In this document: positions 1-7,978 of the stretch, in pieces | How the letters are laid out: every line of letters begins with the position of its first letter | Position numbering within the stretch: the stretch's first letter is position 1 | From: Gemmatimonadales bacterium | Lineage (GTDB): Bacteria > Gemmatimonadota > Gemmatimonadetes > Gemmatimonadales > GWC2-71-9 | Length of the DNA: 64,000 nucleotides | Direction: 5' to 3' | NCBI GenBank assembly: GCA_035279705.1 | Contig: DATEHG010000069.1 | Coordinates: 6,091 to 70,090, forward strand | Notes under the pieces: generated by a model | Database searches by the model: none | Seen by the model: only the letters and a program-made list of their open reading frames with translations | What the model was told of the DNA's origin: nothing | Position numbers and translations under genes: made by a program

Positions 1-470
1 GTGCGGTTGGTCGGGCCCAGCACCCCGGCCACATACCGCGGGCGACCCGGCTCGCGGGCTTCCCGCGCGTCGCAGGCGGCGCGGGCCAGCCGCACCGCGG
101 CGGCGTTGAGCTCCGGTGCCAGCGCCTCCATGCCGTAGTCGCCCATCGACACGCTGGTGGAGTTGAAGCTGTTGGTCTCCAGGATGTCCGCACCGGCCTC
201 GAGGTATGCCTCGTGGATGGCGGTGATGATCGCCGGCTGGGTGAGCGAGAGAAGGTCGTTGTTGCCCTTGAGATCCCGCGGCCAGTCGCGGAACCGGTCG
301 CCGCGGTACTCGGCCTCGCCGAGCTGGTAGCTCTGGATCATGGTGCCCATGGCACCATCCAGCAGCAGGATGCGTTGGCTCAGCAGCTCGTCCAGGCGCG
401 CCAGGCGTGCCCTGCGCCGCTCGGCGGCCGCCGGATCGAGAGGGGGAACGGAGTAGGGTGCAGTGCTCAT
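1..470 (-). CDS. metH: Cobalamin-dependent methionine synthase, N-terminal fragment (gene continues past the left edge)
   Basis: Not in the ORF track because there is no in-window stop. The reverse strand from ATG 470..468 reads [48 protein letters not shown]...[22 protein letters not shown]. This is typical of the homocysteine S-methyltransferase domain at the MetH N-terminus. Confidence 0.85.
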   Translation of the reverse strand, partial: MSTAPYSVPPLDPAAAERRRARLARLDELLSQRILLLDGAMGTMIQSYQLGEAEYRGDRFRDWPRDLKGNNDLLSLTQPAIITAIHEAYLEAGADILETNSFNSTSVSMGDYGMEALAPELNAAAVRLARAACDAREAREPGRPRYVAGVLGPTNR

Positions 471-479
471 ATCGGGTCC

Positions 480-514
480 AAATGAAAAATCCCGGTGGCC
501 AAAACGGCTCCGGG
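480..514 (-). terminator. Intrinsic-terminator-like hairpin plus U-tract inside the metH leader (candidate attenuator)
   Basis: The minus strand reads CCCGGAGCC-GUUUU-GGCCACCGGG followed by AUUUUUCAUUU. It ends about 10 nt before the metH ATG, which leaves no room for a promoter between hairpin and start codon. Confidence 0.5.
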
Positions 515-651
515 AGCAGCGTTTTAGCGTTTATTTAACGTGGCCGCAAGCAGCGCAAATGACCACGACATCGGACTGTTGTGCTTTCAATATAGCGCCA
601 CGGTACCGGGCCACGCCACCCGAGGCGTCCCATCCGGGCCGGGACCCTGTG

Positions 652-984
652 TCATCGCCTGCCGCCGACCTGCGGATCGGTCCCGCCAGGTCCCGCGATG
701 CCAAGCCGGTCCTCCGCCAGGCGGGCGGTGACTCCCCGGATCAGGACTACCTTGTTCCGTCCCCTCTCCCCGGACCGGATTTCGATCTTCGAAGGCGCCA
801 CGCCGAGCCGGGCGGCAAGGAGCTTGACCAGGGCTTCATTGGCCGCGCCCTCGACCGGCGGTGCCGTGACGCGGATTCGGAGAGCACCATTAACGACGCC
901 CAGGATGCCACTTTGAGCGGCCCGCGGTTGCAGGCGTATGGCGATGACGACGCCGTCTCCACTGCTCGAGAGGACGGTGCTCAC
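652..984 (-). CDS. DUF167 (YggU-like) protein
   Basis: C-terminal 110 aa of ORF 652..1296: VSTVLSSSGDGVVIAIRLQPRAAQSGILGVVNGALRIRVTAPPVEGAANEALVKLLAARLGVAPSKIEIRSGERGRNKVV. The GTG start at 984 overlaps the yggT stop (GTGA). YggT-DUF167 is a known conserved pairing. Confidence 0.75.
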   Translation of the reverse strand: MSTVLSSSGDGVVIAIRLQPRAAQSGILGVVNGALRIRVTAPPVEGAANEALVKLLAARLGVAPSKIEIRSGERGRNKVVLIRGVTARLAEDRLGIAGPGGTDPQVGGRR

Positions 985-1562
985 CCCAGTTGCAGCACGA
1001 GCCGGAGCAGAACCAGCTGCCCCACATACAGGATCACGTACGCCGCAAGCGGGCTCAGATCGAACATGCCGAACGGCGGCAGAATCCGGCGCAGGGGGTC
1101 GACCAGCCAGTTGGTGAGCGCCATGACGGGCCGCATCCACCGGGCGTAAGGCGAGAGCCCCATCCACGACCCCACTACCCGGATGAACAGCGCCACGACC
1201 AGGAGGCTGTAGGCGCCCTGGATAGCCAGGATCAGCACGCCGCTCGGCCCGCTCCGGACGGCGGAGGACAGGCTGAAGAAGGCGCCGATCAGCCACTGGG
1301 TCAGGCCGATCACCAGGAGCCCGCCCAGGAGCGAAATCCAGAACAGCCAGATTGGCGCTTCGCTGGGATTGTGGCCCGACTTCACCATCCGGCGTTCCAG
1401 CGGCAGGATCAGTGGCTGGCTCACCCGGCGCATGAATCTCGGCAGGGGGCCGAACGGCTGCAGATACCGGGAGCGGACTCCCCAGTGGGTCAGCGCGACG
1501 GCGGCCGAGAAGGTGAATCCGCCCAGGACGGTCAGGCGGACGATCGTGATGAGGAGCGGCAT
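981..1562 (-). CDS. yggT: YggT family integral membrane protein
   Basis: ORF 981..1610. Multi-TM protein with a duplicated YGGT-type repeat (…MRRVSQPLILPLER… and …LTNWLVDPLRRILPPFGMFDLSPL…). I prefer the internal ATG at 1562 (MPLLITIV), 10 nt after the upstream stop. Confidence 0.75.
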   Translation of the reverse strand: MPLLITIVRLTVLGGFTFSAAVALTHWGVRSRYLQPFGPLPRFMRRVSQPLILPLERRMVKSGHNPSEAPIWLFWISLLGGLLVIGLTQWLIGAFFSLSSAVRSGPSGVLILAIQGAYSLLVVALFIRVVGSWMGLSPYARWMRPVMALTNWLVDPLRRILPPFGMFDLSPLAAYVILYVGQLVLLRLVLQLG

Positions 1563-1572
1563 GGTGCTGCGG

Positions 1573-1998
1573 CTAGCGGGCGCCCGGAATCTTGAACTGG
1601 GCTGGCTCACCGGTGCGGAGGCCGCAGGTCACGGTGAAGACACCGCCGTTGAGCGAGGCTTCTTCCTGGATGTCTCCCGTGGCGCGGCAGCCGGAGAGCT
1701 GCATGCCATCGGTCGAGCGGAAGACCACCGTGACCTCCGGCGAGCCATCGCGCACTGCCAGGCGGCGGATGGTGTACTTGCTGAGCGAGTCCACCCCGAC
1801 CTGGCGCAGGGTCGCGGGGAGCCGTCCCTGGTGGGCACTCTTGTAGCTCAGCACGGCGTCGATGGTGGCAAAGACGTCCCGGCCCAGCAGGTTGGCTTCG
1901 TCCTGCGCGTTGTTGGCCGGCTTGTCGCTGGCCGGCTTCTTGTGGCAGGCAGCGAGCGCCACCAGCGCCAGCAGCAGGCTATTCCAGCGCAAACTCAC
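1573..1998 (-). CDS. Hypothetical lipoprotein
   Basis: 141-aa ORF with a lipobox-type signal peptide (LLLALVALAAC). I recognise no further domain. Confidence 0.6.
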   Translation of the reverse strand: MSLRWNSLLLALVALAACHKKPASDKPANNAQDEANLLGRDVFATIDAVLSYKSAHQGRLPATLRQVGVDSLSKYTIRRLAVRDGSPEVTVVFRSTDGMQLSGCRATGDIQEEASLNGGVFTVTCGLRTGEPAQFKIPGAR

Positions 1999-2953
1999 GG
2001 TTGAACACCACCTCGAAGCTGAACGTCTTGGCCTTGCTCCGGGCCTCGATGTACTCGGCGATTTTCTGCAGCCGGCTGGGAATTCCCATGATCTTTTCCT
2101 GCGCCTTGCGGCCCAGTTCGTTCAGCCCGCTCAGGCTCTCGATCCTCCAGTACTCGATCTGCTCCTGCACGATCTTGAGGTAATCCCGCGGCCCGTAGAT
2201 CCCGGCCCTCCGGATTACGTCGGCAATGTCCCGGAAGTGCGGCATGCTGTGCCCCGGCATCTCGATGCTGGGAAGAATGAACGAGGCGGAGTGCAGCGCT
2301 TCATCGGGATCGCGCTGCAGGATCTCGTCGAACACCGTGCGGTAGAACTGGAAATGCCGCGCTTCCTCGGTGGCCACGTTGCGCAGCACTTCGCCCAGGG
2401 CCGGCTCGTATTCCGCCGCCAGCCGGCCGGTCTCGCTGTGGGAAGTCTGGGTCGCCCGCTCCTGCACGGTCGTGTACACGAACACCCGGTAGGGGTCCCG
2501 GTCCCACCCGGGGTGGAACCCGTTCCGGATGTAGTTGAACTGCATCTCCTCGAGGTGCCGCTGGTTGAACAGCCGCGTGTCCCGCCCGTAGTTGCTGAGC
2601 ACGGCGCCATGCCGGTCCTCTTCGGCCGTCCACAGGTTGTTCCATTCGCGCCAGTAGCTGTCGTCCCCGAGGTAGACCGAGATGAGGCGGTGGAAATGGG
2701 GCAGCCCCTCCTCCGTGAGGAGGTTGAGCGCCAGCGCCGCGCGGATATGGTCGGGGATGGTCTGGGCCCGCTTGCGCAGGCCTTCGGTGTGCTCATCCGG
2801 CGATTCGCCGGGCTCGGGGCCGAGCAGGTCTTCCGGGAACCAGAGCGTCCGCTTGCGCTCGTGCGCCGCCATCAGCTCCTTGACCCGGGTTTCCATGTCC
2901 CGCAGCACCTCCAGCTTGGAGTGGAACAGCCGTGCCGCTTCGGTGAGGGCCAT
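1979..2953 (-). CDS. Soluble acyl-ACP desaturase (di-iron, DesA1/stearoyl-ACP desaturase family)
   Basis: 324-aa ORF with di-iron ligand motifs typical of the family: LLTEEGLPHF, WTAEEDRHG, TQTSHSETG and ATEEARHFQFY. Confidence 0.85.
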   Translation of the reverse strand: MALTEAARLFHSKLEVLRDMETRVKELMAAHERKRTLWFPEDLLGPEPGESPDEHTEGLRKRAQTIPDHIRAALALNLLTEEGLPHFHRLISVYLGDDSYWREWNNLWTAEEDRHGAVLSNYGRDTRLFNQRHLEEMQFNYIRNGFHPGWDRDPYRVFVYTTVQERATQTSHSETGRLAAEYEPALGEVLRNVATEEARHFQFYRTVFDEILQRDPDEALHSASFILPSIEMPGHSMPHFRDIADVIRRAGIYGPRDYLKIVQEQIEYWRIESLSGLNELGRKAQEKIMGIPSRLQKIAEYIEARSKAKTFSFEVVFNREFALE

Positions 2954-2970
2954 GGTCCGGTCCGGAATCG

Positions 2971-3008
2971 GGAAATAACGCGGGCCGCCGCGAGGTGCCG
3001 CGGCGACC
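2971..3008 (-). terminator. Possible terminator downstream of the GNAT gene
   Basis: Minus strand GGTCGCCGCG-GCACCT-CGCGGCGGCC (one mismatch) followed by CGCGUUAUUUCC. The U-tract is weak. Confidence 0.35.
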
Positions 3009-3062
3009 GTTCAGGTGGCAAATGTGGTGGAAAGGAAGGCGGGAAGGAAGGCCGGGACCTGC

Positions 3063-3494
3063 TCAGCGATCGGCGGCCTCGAACTGCTTCTCCATCAGGT
3101 ACCAGGTCCGCCGCCCGACATAGTCGGAACGGGCGAAGAGGCGGTGCCAGCCCGAAGTCAGCAGCATCGGCTCGGCCCTGAGGTCATCGGTCCAGAATTC
3201 GGCGACGTGGGCACCCAGCTCCCGGGCCCGCGTCTCGAACGCCTGCAGCAGTCGCCAGCCGTGTCCCTGGTGGCGGGCGTCCGGCTCGACCGCGATGTCG
3301 AGGAGCTGCGCCACGCCGCCACGCAGCCCGTAGCGCACTCCGCCGATCCAGTCGCCAATTTCGTTGGTCAGGACCAGGTAGTGCTCGTCTATCGCCTTCG
3401 GCTCGCCCACCCGCTCCTCTTCCCGCTGGAGCAGATCGGTGAACCACTCGGCGAAGTCCTCGCCCCGTTCCATTTCCCGTATCGTCAGACTCAT
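3063..3494 (-). CDS. GNAT family N-acetyltransferase
   Basis: Internal ATG at 3494 of ORF 3063..3695 (MSLTIREMERGEDF…). Acetyl-CoA-binding-like motif IAVEPDARHQGHGWRLLQAFETRARELG. Confidence 0.75.
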   Translation of the reverse strand: MSLTIREMERGEDFAEWFTDLLQREEERVGEPKAIDEHYLVLTNEIGDWIGGVRYGLRGGVAQLLDIAVEPDARHQGHGWRLLQAFETRARELGAHVAEFWTDDLRAEPMLLTSGWHRLFARSDYVGRRTWYLMEKQFEAADR

Positions 3495-3713
3495 CGTGTG
3501 CCTCGGTGACTGCCACTGCTGAAACGTTGCGAACAGCACGGAAGTTCTGCACTGGAGAGAACGGCAAGGTAGGTGCCACCGGCGTACAGTGGCGTGGCCA
3601 TGATTACAAGCTAATACACCACAAGAAGTTCCGGGTTCCTCCCGGTTCGACTCCGGCGGTCCGGCCGTCCGGATCCGGGACGGAGAATTCCGCAAATGTG
3701 TCTATCTGGCGGG

Positions 3714-3989
3714 TCACTGTGTCCGGCAGCTGCGCTCCTCCGGCACGATCCGGCCGCACGCGATCGCGTCATTCATCCCGCTGGTGAGCGGGCCACAGGC
3801 CGTGGTCTGGGCCGACTGCACCGCTTCCCCTTCGGTGGCATGAGACGCGGTGGCACAGTTCCGCTTGCCGTTGTAGGTCACGCACACCTCGCAGGTGACC
3901 TTCTGGGCGCTCAGCGTGTTGTAGAGCAGGAGGCCGACGAAGCCGACCACCACCAGCACGATCACCAGCTTCCGCTGGGCGCGGGTCAT
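3714..3989 (-). CDS. Small membrane-anchored cysteine-rich protein (hypothetical)
   Basis: Internal ATG at 3989 (MTRAQRKLVIVLVVVGFVGLLLY…). One TM helix followed by an approximately 60-aa segment with 6 Cys. The start overlaps the upstream Yip1 stop (ATGA). Confidence 0.55.
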   Translation of the reverse strand: MTRAQRKLVIVLVVVGFVGLLLYNTLSAQKVTCEVCVTYNGKRNCATASHATEGEAVQSAQTTACGPLTSGMNDAIACGRIVPEERSCRTQ

Positions 3990-4705
3990 CCGGCGGCCCG
4001 CACTGCGCCCCACACCCCCCAGAGGCCCGGCAGCAGCCACACGATTCCTGCCCCGATCAGCGCCTTCTTCAGCTCGATCTTGCCGGTGACAGAGAGGCCG
4101 AGCGCGAGCAGCCCCGTGCACCACAGGGTGATCAGGTCGAACCGGCCGAGGATCGTGAGCAGGACGAAATGGGCGTCCGGATCGATGAATCTGGCCGGGC
4201 CGAGTTGCAGGGCATAGCGGGAGGTGAGGGTGTCGGCTGAAACCACCGCTGCCTGGAGCAGGTTGGTCAGGCCCTCGAGCACTCTCGGGAACATGGCGTA
4301 CACGGCGACCATGCAGGCGGCCTCGAGTTCCTGCCGCGCGCCCACGAACTTCCCCGCAATCCAGAGGAAGAACCCGATGACCAGGGGCGCCACGAGGAGC
4401 ACGACGGGAATGATGACGGTGGTGAACTTGGTGGCGATCTGCCGGCCCTTGTCCACCTGCTCCTGCGTCATGGCCGGGTTCTGGCGCTGCTGGACGGCCA
4501 TCGCCCGATCAAACTCGGCGTCGTACATCGGCTGCAGCAGGCCGCGCCCTCCGAAGAACAGGGCGATCGAAACCGCGAACATGATCAGCAGCGGCAGCCA
4601 GAATCCGCTCGTGGCGCGCCGGGTAAAGACCGCGCGCGGCGCGTAGAAGATTTCGAGGAAGTCTTCCCAGATCGGGACCGGGGCAGCGGATACGGGGGCG
4701 GTCAT
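3986..4705 (-). CDS. Yip1 domain membrane protein
   Basis: Internal ATG at 4705 of ORF 3986..5014 (MTAPVSAAPVPIWEDFLEIFYAPRAVFTRR…). Five predicted TM segments, and the N-terminal motif is typical of the Yip1/DUF1282 family. Confidence 0.65.
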   Translation of the reverse strand: MTAPVSAAPVPIWEDFLEIFYAPRAVFTRRATSGFWLPLLIMFAVSIALFFGGRGLLQPMYDAEFDRAMAVQQRQNPAMTQEQVDKGRQIATKFTTVIIPVVLLVAPLVIGFFLWIAGKFVGARQELEAACMVAVYAMFPRVLEGLTNLLQAAVVSADTLTSRYALQLGPARFIDPDAHFVLLTILGRFDLITLWCTGLLALGLSVTGKIELKKALIGAGIVWLLPGLWGVWGAVRAAG

Positions 4706-4939
4706 GGGATTTGGTGATCCTCCGGCAGGTGGGCGTCGTCGGTGCCGAACGACCTGAAGTATCGTGCCATCGTGCCCGATCGGCCACTGGCCGGCGGGCG
4801 GCGCGGCCGTCGGTGACAAATTTCTTACACCCGCAATACTCGAACATTGGAGGCCGTGCCGCAATCGGTTATTTTCAATAGCCCTCCGTACACACCGCCG
4901 ACATTCGCAGCCAACGGAACCTGGTCTAGGAGTCCACGA

Positions 4940-5317
4940 TTGAGAATTCTGATCGTCGAGGACGCCCCCCTCGTCCAGAAGATGTACCGCCTGGTGTTTT
5001 CGCCCCGGGATCACGACCTGGTGATGGCCGCCAACGGCATCGAGGGGCTGCAGCTTCTCGACCAGCCGGGGATCCCCTTCGACCTCATCCTGCTCGATCT
5101 CCGCATGCCGGACATGGATGGCGCCGAGTTCATCGGCCGGGTTCGTGCCGGGCCCTGGTCGTCGGTTCCGGTCATCCTGACGACCGCTGAGCCGGAGGAC
5201 TCGCCGCTGCTGCAGCTGGCCCGGACGCGGGGCGCCTCGGTCACGGTGCGGAAGCCGTGGAAGCCGCAGGAACTGCGCGATGCGGTGGCCGCGCTGCTGG
5301 GGGGAGGCGGCGGATGA
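4940..5317 (+). CDS. cheY: CheY-like single-domain response regulator
   Basis: REC domain: IVEDAP…LILLDLRMPDMDG…VILTTA…VRKPW. I prefer TTG 4940, which is preceded by AGGAG at 4928..4932, over the track start at 4847. Confidence 0.85.
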   Translation: MRILIVEDAPLVQKMYRLVFSPRDHDLVMAANGIEGLQLLDQPGIPFDLILLDLRMPDMDGAEFIGRVRAGPWSSVPVILTTAEPEDSPLLQLARTRGASVTVRKPWKPQELRDAVAALLGGGGG

Positions 5318-5724
5318 GCGGCGCGAGTCCCGGCACCTTTCTGGTGGTCGACGATTCCCGGCTGCACCATCAGATGTACAAGGTCATCTTCTCGCAGGCC
5401 CCGCTCACGGGCAGCACCCTGCTGCACGCCCATAACGGCCGGGAGGGCTACGCCGCGCTCACCACCCGCCCTGACGTGACCCTGGTCTTCCTCGATCTCA
5501 ACATGCCGGAGATGAACGGCCTGGAGTTCCTGGCCCGGCGCCGGGCCGAGGCGCTGCACCCTCACATTCCGGTCGTCCTCGTCACCACGGAAAGCACCGC
5601 GGAGGATGAAGCAAGAGGGCGATCTGCCGGCGCCTGGGAGTACCTGCGCAAGCCGTTCACTCCCGCGGACGTGGTGGGGCTGGTGGCCCGGGCCCAGGCC
5701 GAGGCCCGGGGGCGCGCTCCCTGA
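5314..5724 (+). CDS. cheY: CheY-like single-domain response regulator (second copy)
   Basis: ATG 5314 overlaps the previous stop (ATGA). REC motifs VVDDS…VFLDLNMPEMNG…VLVTTE…LRKPF. Confidence 0.85.
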   Translation: MSGASPGTFLVVDDSRLHHQMYKVIFSQAPLTGSTLLHAHNGREGYAALTTRPDVTLVFLDLNMPEMNGLEFLARRRAEALHPHIPVVLVTTESTAEDEARGRSAGAWEYLRKPFTPADVVGLVARAQAEARGRAP

Positions 5725-5725
5725 A

Positions 5726-7375
5726 ATGACCGATGACAACGCCTTTGCCGAACTGCTTCAGGACTACATCGGTGAGTGTCTGCCGCTGGCCGAAGCGGTA
5801 GCCGACGGCTTCATCGAGCTCGAGCAACGGTGGCAGGCCGGGGACGCGGCCGACGAGCGGATTGCGCCGCTCAAGGGCACCCTCCATACCCTCAAGGGCA
5901 ACTCCGCAATGATGGGCTTTGCCCATCTGCAGGAGCTGGCCCACGCACTCGAAGATCTGCTTGGACGGCTGGGCGCCGAACCGCAACTGCGGGTACCGAG
6001 TGCCGACCTGCTGGTGGCGGGTGGCGGACTTCTGGTCGAGCTGGTGCCGCGGGCGGGAGACAAGGCGGCCGGAAAGGAACGCTCGGCGAGCTATGTCGCC
6101 CGGGTCCGGGAGGCGTTGGCGCAAGCTGGTGCGGCGGCCGCCGGACCTCTCGAACGCCGCTCGGCGGCTCCGGCGCGGGGGCGCCGGGCCGACGACCAGG
6201 TCGAGGCCGGCAGTGAACTCATCCGCATCGAAGCGAGGCGCCTGGACGCGCTGCTGGAAATCTTCGGCGAGGCCGTCATTGCTCACGCCGGGCTGGCCCA
6301 TGCCGCGCGCCGCCTGACCCGGAGGGATCGGGGACGGCCGGAGGTGCTGGAACTCGATCGCGGCCTCTCCGGCCTGGAACAGACGCTGCTGCGCCTCGAG
6401 AGCGCCCTCATGGAGGCACGGCTGGTCCCGATCGGTGGCGTATTCGCCCGTTTCGGGCGGCTGGTGCGGGACCTGGCCCACGGCGAGCACAAGCGGGTCC
6501 GCCTGGTGACGACGGGAGTCGAGACCCGCCTCGACAAGTCGGTGGTGGACCGGATCGGCGAACCGCTGGTTCACCTGGTGACCAACGCGCTCATCCACGG
6601 CGTTGAACCTCCGGCCGAACGGGAGCGGGGGGGCAAGCCCGCCGAGGCCACGCTGACCCTCACCGCCACCCCGCGCAGCGACCGGGTCATCGTGACCGTC
6701 GCGGATGACGGACGCGGACTCGATCCCGGCAGGCTCCTGCTCAAGGCCCAATCACTCGGGCTGGCACCGGCCAATCCCACGCCCGAGGAAATTCTGACGC
6801 TCGCCTTCCTGCCTGGTCTCTCCACCTCGGACCAGGTCGGTGCCATGGCCGGACGCGGTGTCGGGCTGGATGTCGTCGCCGGCAGCATTCGCGCGCTGGG
6901 TGGCAGCGTGGCGGTGGCCAGTACGCCCGGCAAGGGTGCGACGTTCACACTCACCCTGCCGCTCACGGTGGCTGTGGTCCGTTCCCTCATGATCGAATCG
7001 CTGGGAGAGCGCTACGCCATTCCGCTGCACGGCGTGGCGGAAACCGTCCGGTTGGGTGCCGACGACGTCCACGAGATTGAAGGACGCGGGATGCTGCTGT
7101 GGCGGGGTGAACTGATCCCGGTCCAGGACGCCGGCGATCTGCTCCGGAACGGGACCCGGGGCCAGGGGCGCTACTGCGTGGTACTGCAGGCCGAGTCCCG
7201 GCGCCGCGGGCTCTTGGTAGACCGGGTCATCGGGCACCAGGAAATCGTGGCCAAGGGTCTCGACCCGGTGCTGGGCCGGCCGCCGGTGGTGTCGGGAACG
7301 GCCGTGATGGGGGACGGGCGGGTGACCTGCATCCTGGATCCCGCTCGCATCGTCGAACGACGATTCGACTCCTGA
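5726..7375 (+). CDS. cheA: Chemotaxis histidine kinase CheA
   Basis: Internal ATG 5726 (MTDDNAFAELL…). Hpt motif LHTLKGNSAMMG, an HATPase region (…ADDGRGLD…GRGVGLDVV…) and a C-terminal CheW-like domain. Confidence 0.9.
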   Translation: MTDDNAFAELLQDYIGECLPLAEAVADGFIELEQRWQAGDAADERIAPLKGTLHTLKGNSAMMGFAHLQELAHALEDLLGRLGAEPQLRVPSADLLVAGGGLLVELVPRAGDKAAGKERSASYVARVREALAQAGAAAAGPLERRSAAPARGRRADDQVEAGSELIRIEARRLDALLEIFGEAVIAHAGLAHAARRLTRRDRGRPEVLELDRGLSGLEQTLLRLESALMEARLVPIGGVFARFGRLVRDLAHGEHKRVRLVTTGVETRLDKSVVDRIGEPLVHLVTNALIHGVEPPAERERGGKPAEATLTLTATPRSDRVIVTVADDGRGLDPGRLLLKAQSLGLAPANPTPEEILTLAFLPGLSTSDQVGAMAGRGVGLDVVAGSIRALGGSVAVASTPGKGATFTLTLPLTVAVVRSLMIESLGERYAIPLHGVAETVRLGADDVHEIEGRGMLLWRGELIPVQDAGDLLRNGTRGQGRYCVVLQAESRRRGLLVDRVIGHQEIVAKGLDPVLGRPPVVSGTAVMGDGRVTCILDPARIVERRFDS

Positions 7376-7384
7376 GGAGCCAAC

Positions 7385-7945
7385 ATGCCGCCCAAACGAG
7401 CCTCCTCCCGTACCACCGACCCGTCCGTCGCGCCGCCCGCGAGCGAACGGCTTCTCGCTTTCGCCGACGATCTGTCGCGACAGCAGGCCGCGGCCGCACC
7501 CAAGGCACCCGACCCCGAACTCCATCTCGTCACCTTCCGCCTCGAACGCGAGTCGTTTGCCGTACCGATCGAGCGGGTGCGCGAGGTGGTCCGGGTGAGC
7601 GACATCACCCGCGTGCCGGAGGCCCCGCCCCACATTCGCGGAGTCACCAACCTTCGGGGCCGGGTGCTCCCGGTGGTGGAACTTCGCACCCGCCTCGGCC
7701 TGACGGCGGCGGTGATCACTCCGGCCTCCCGCGTTCTCGTCGTCGAGGCACACGGGCGGGTCCTCGGTCTGCTGGTGGACGGCGTGTCGCGCGTGGTCAA
7801 GGTGCCGTCCTCCGCCGTCGTGCCGCCGCCAGAGGAGGTGCTGTCCGATCGCACCGACTACATCCCCGGGGTAGCCCGGACCGGCGATACCCTCCTGATC
7901 CTGCTTGATCTCGACCGTGCCCTGCTGTTGTCCGATGAACGCTGA
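7385..7945 (+). CDS. cheW: Coupling protein CheW
   Basis: 186-aa ORF with GAGGAG upstream. CheW domain: LVTFRLERESFAVPIERVREVVRVSDITRVPEAPPHIRGVTNLRGRVLPVVELR. Confidence 0.9.
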   Translation: MPPKRASSRTTDPSVAPPASERLLAFADDLSRQQAAAAPKAPDPELHLVTFRLERESFAVPIERVREVVRVSDITRVPEAPPHIRGVTNLRGRVLPVVELRTRLGLTAAVITPASRVLVVEAHGRVLGLLVDGVSRVVKVPSSAVVPPPEEVLSDRTDYIPGVARTGDTLLILLDLDRALLLSDER

Positions 7946-7978
7946 CCACCCCACTTCCCTCAGCCCCGTGATGCTCCC

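Noticed and set aside
471-651. Assigning the metH leader to a known riboswitch class (cobalamin, SAM-I, SAH)
   Set aside because: I could not find the B12 box (GCCACTG) or the AGGGAA/GGTGAAA cores, the SAM-I GAGGGA / kink-turn elements, or the SAH GAGGAGCGCUGC core (only GCGCTGC is present). I report it only as an unclassified terminator-containing leader.
3644-3654. GGTTCGACTCC, a tRNA/tmRNA T-loop-like string in the 219-nt GNAT / Cys-rich-gene spacer
   Set aside because: No complementary acceptor-stem 5' strand, D-arm or anticodon arm can be built from the flanking 80-100 nt. The T-stem would have only 4 bp. The spacer is too short for tmRNA. The string overlaps a hairpin, CCGGG-TTCCT-CCCGG at 3631..3645. 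On the minus strand that hairpin is followed by a T-rich run, so it is more simply a terminator for the upstream minus-strand genes.
4848-4863. GG-N10-GC (TGGAGG-CCGTG-CCGCA) upstream of the first cheY as a sigma-54 promoter
   Set aside because: Only the bare GG/GC dinucleotides match and the flanking positions do not. Such matches are expected by chance in about 68-70% GC DNA. It also lies inside the longer alternative cheY reading frame.
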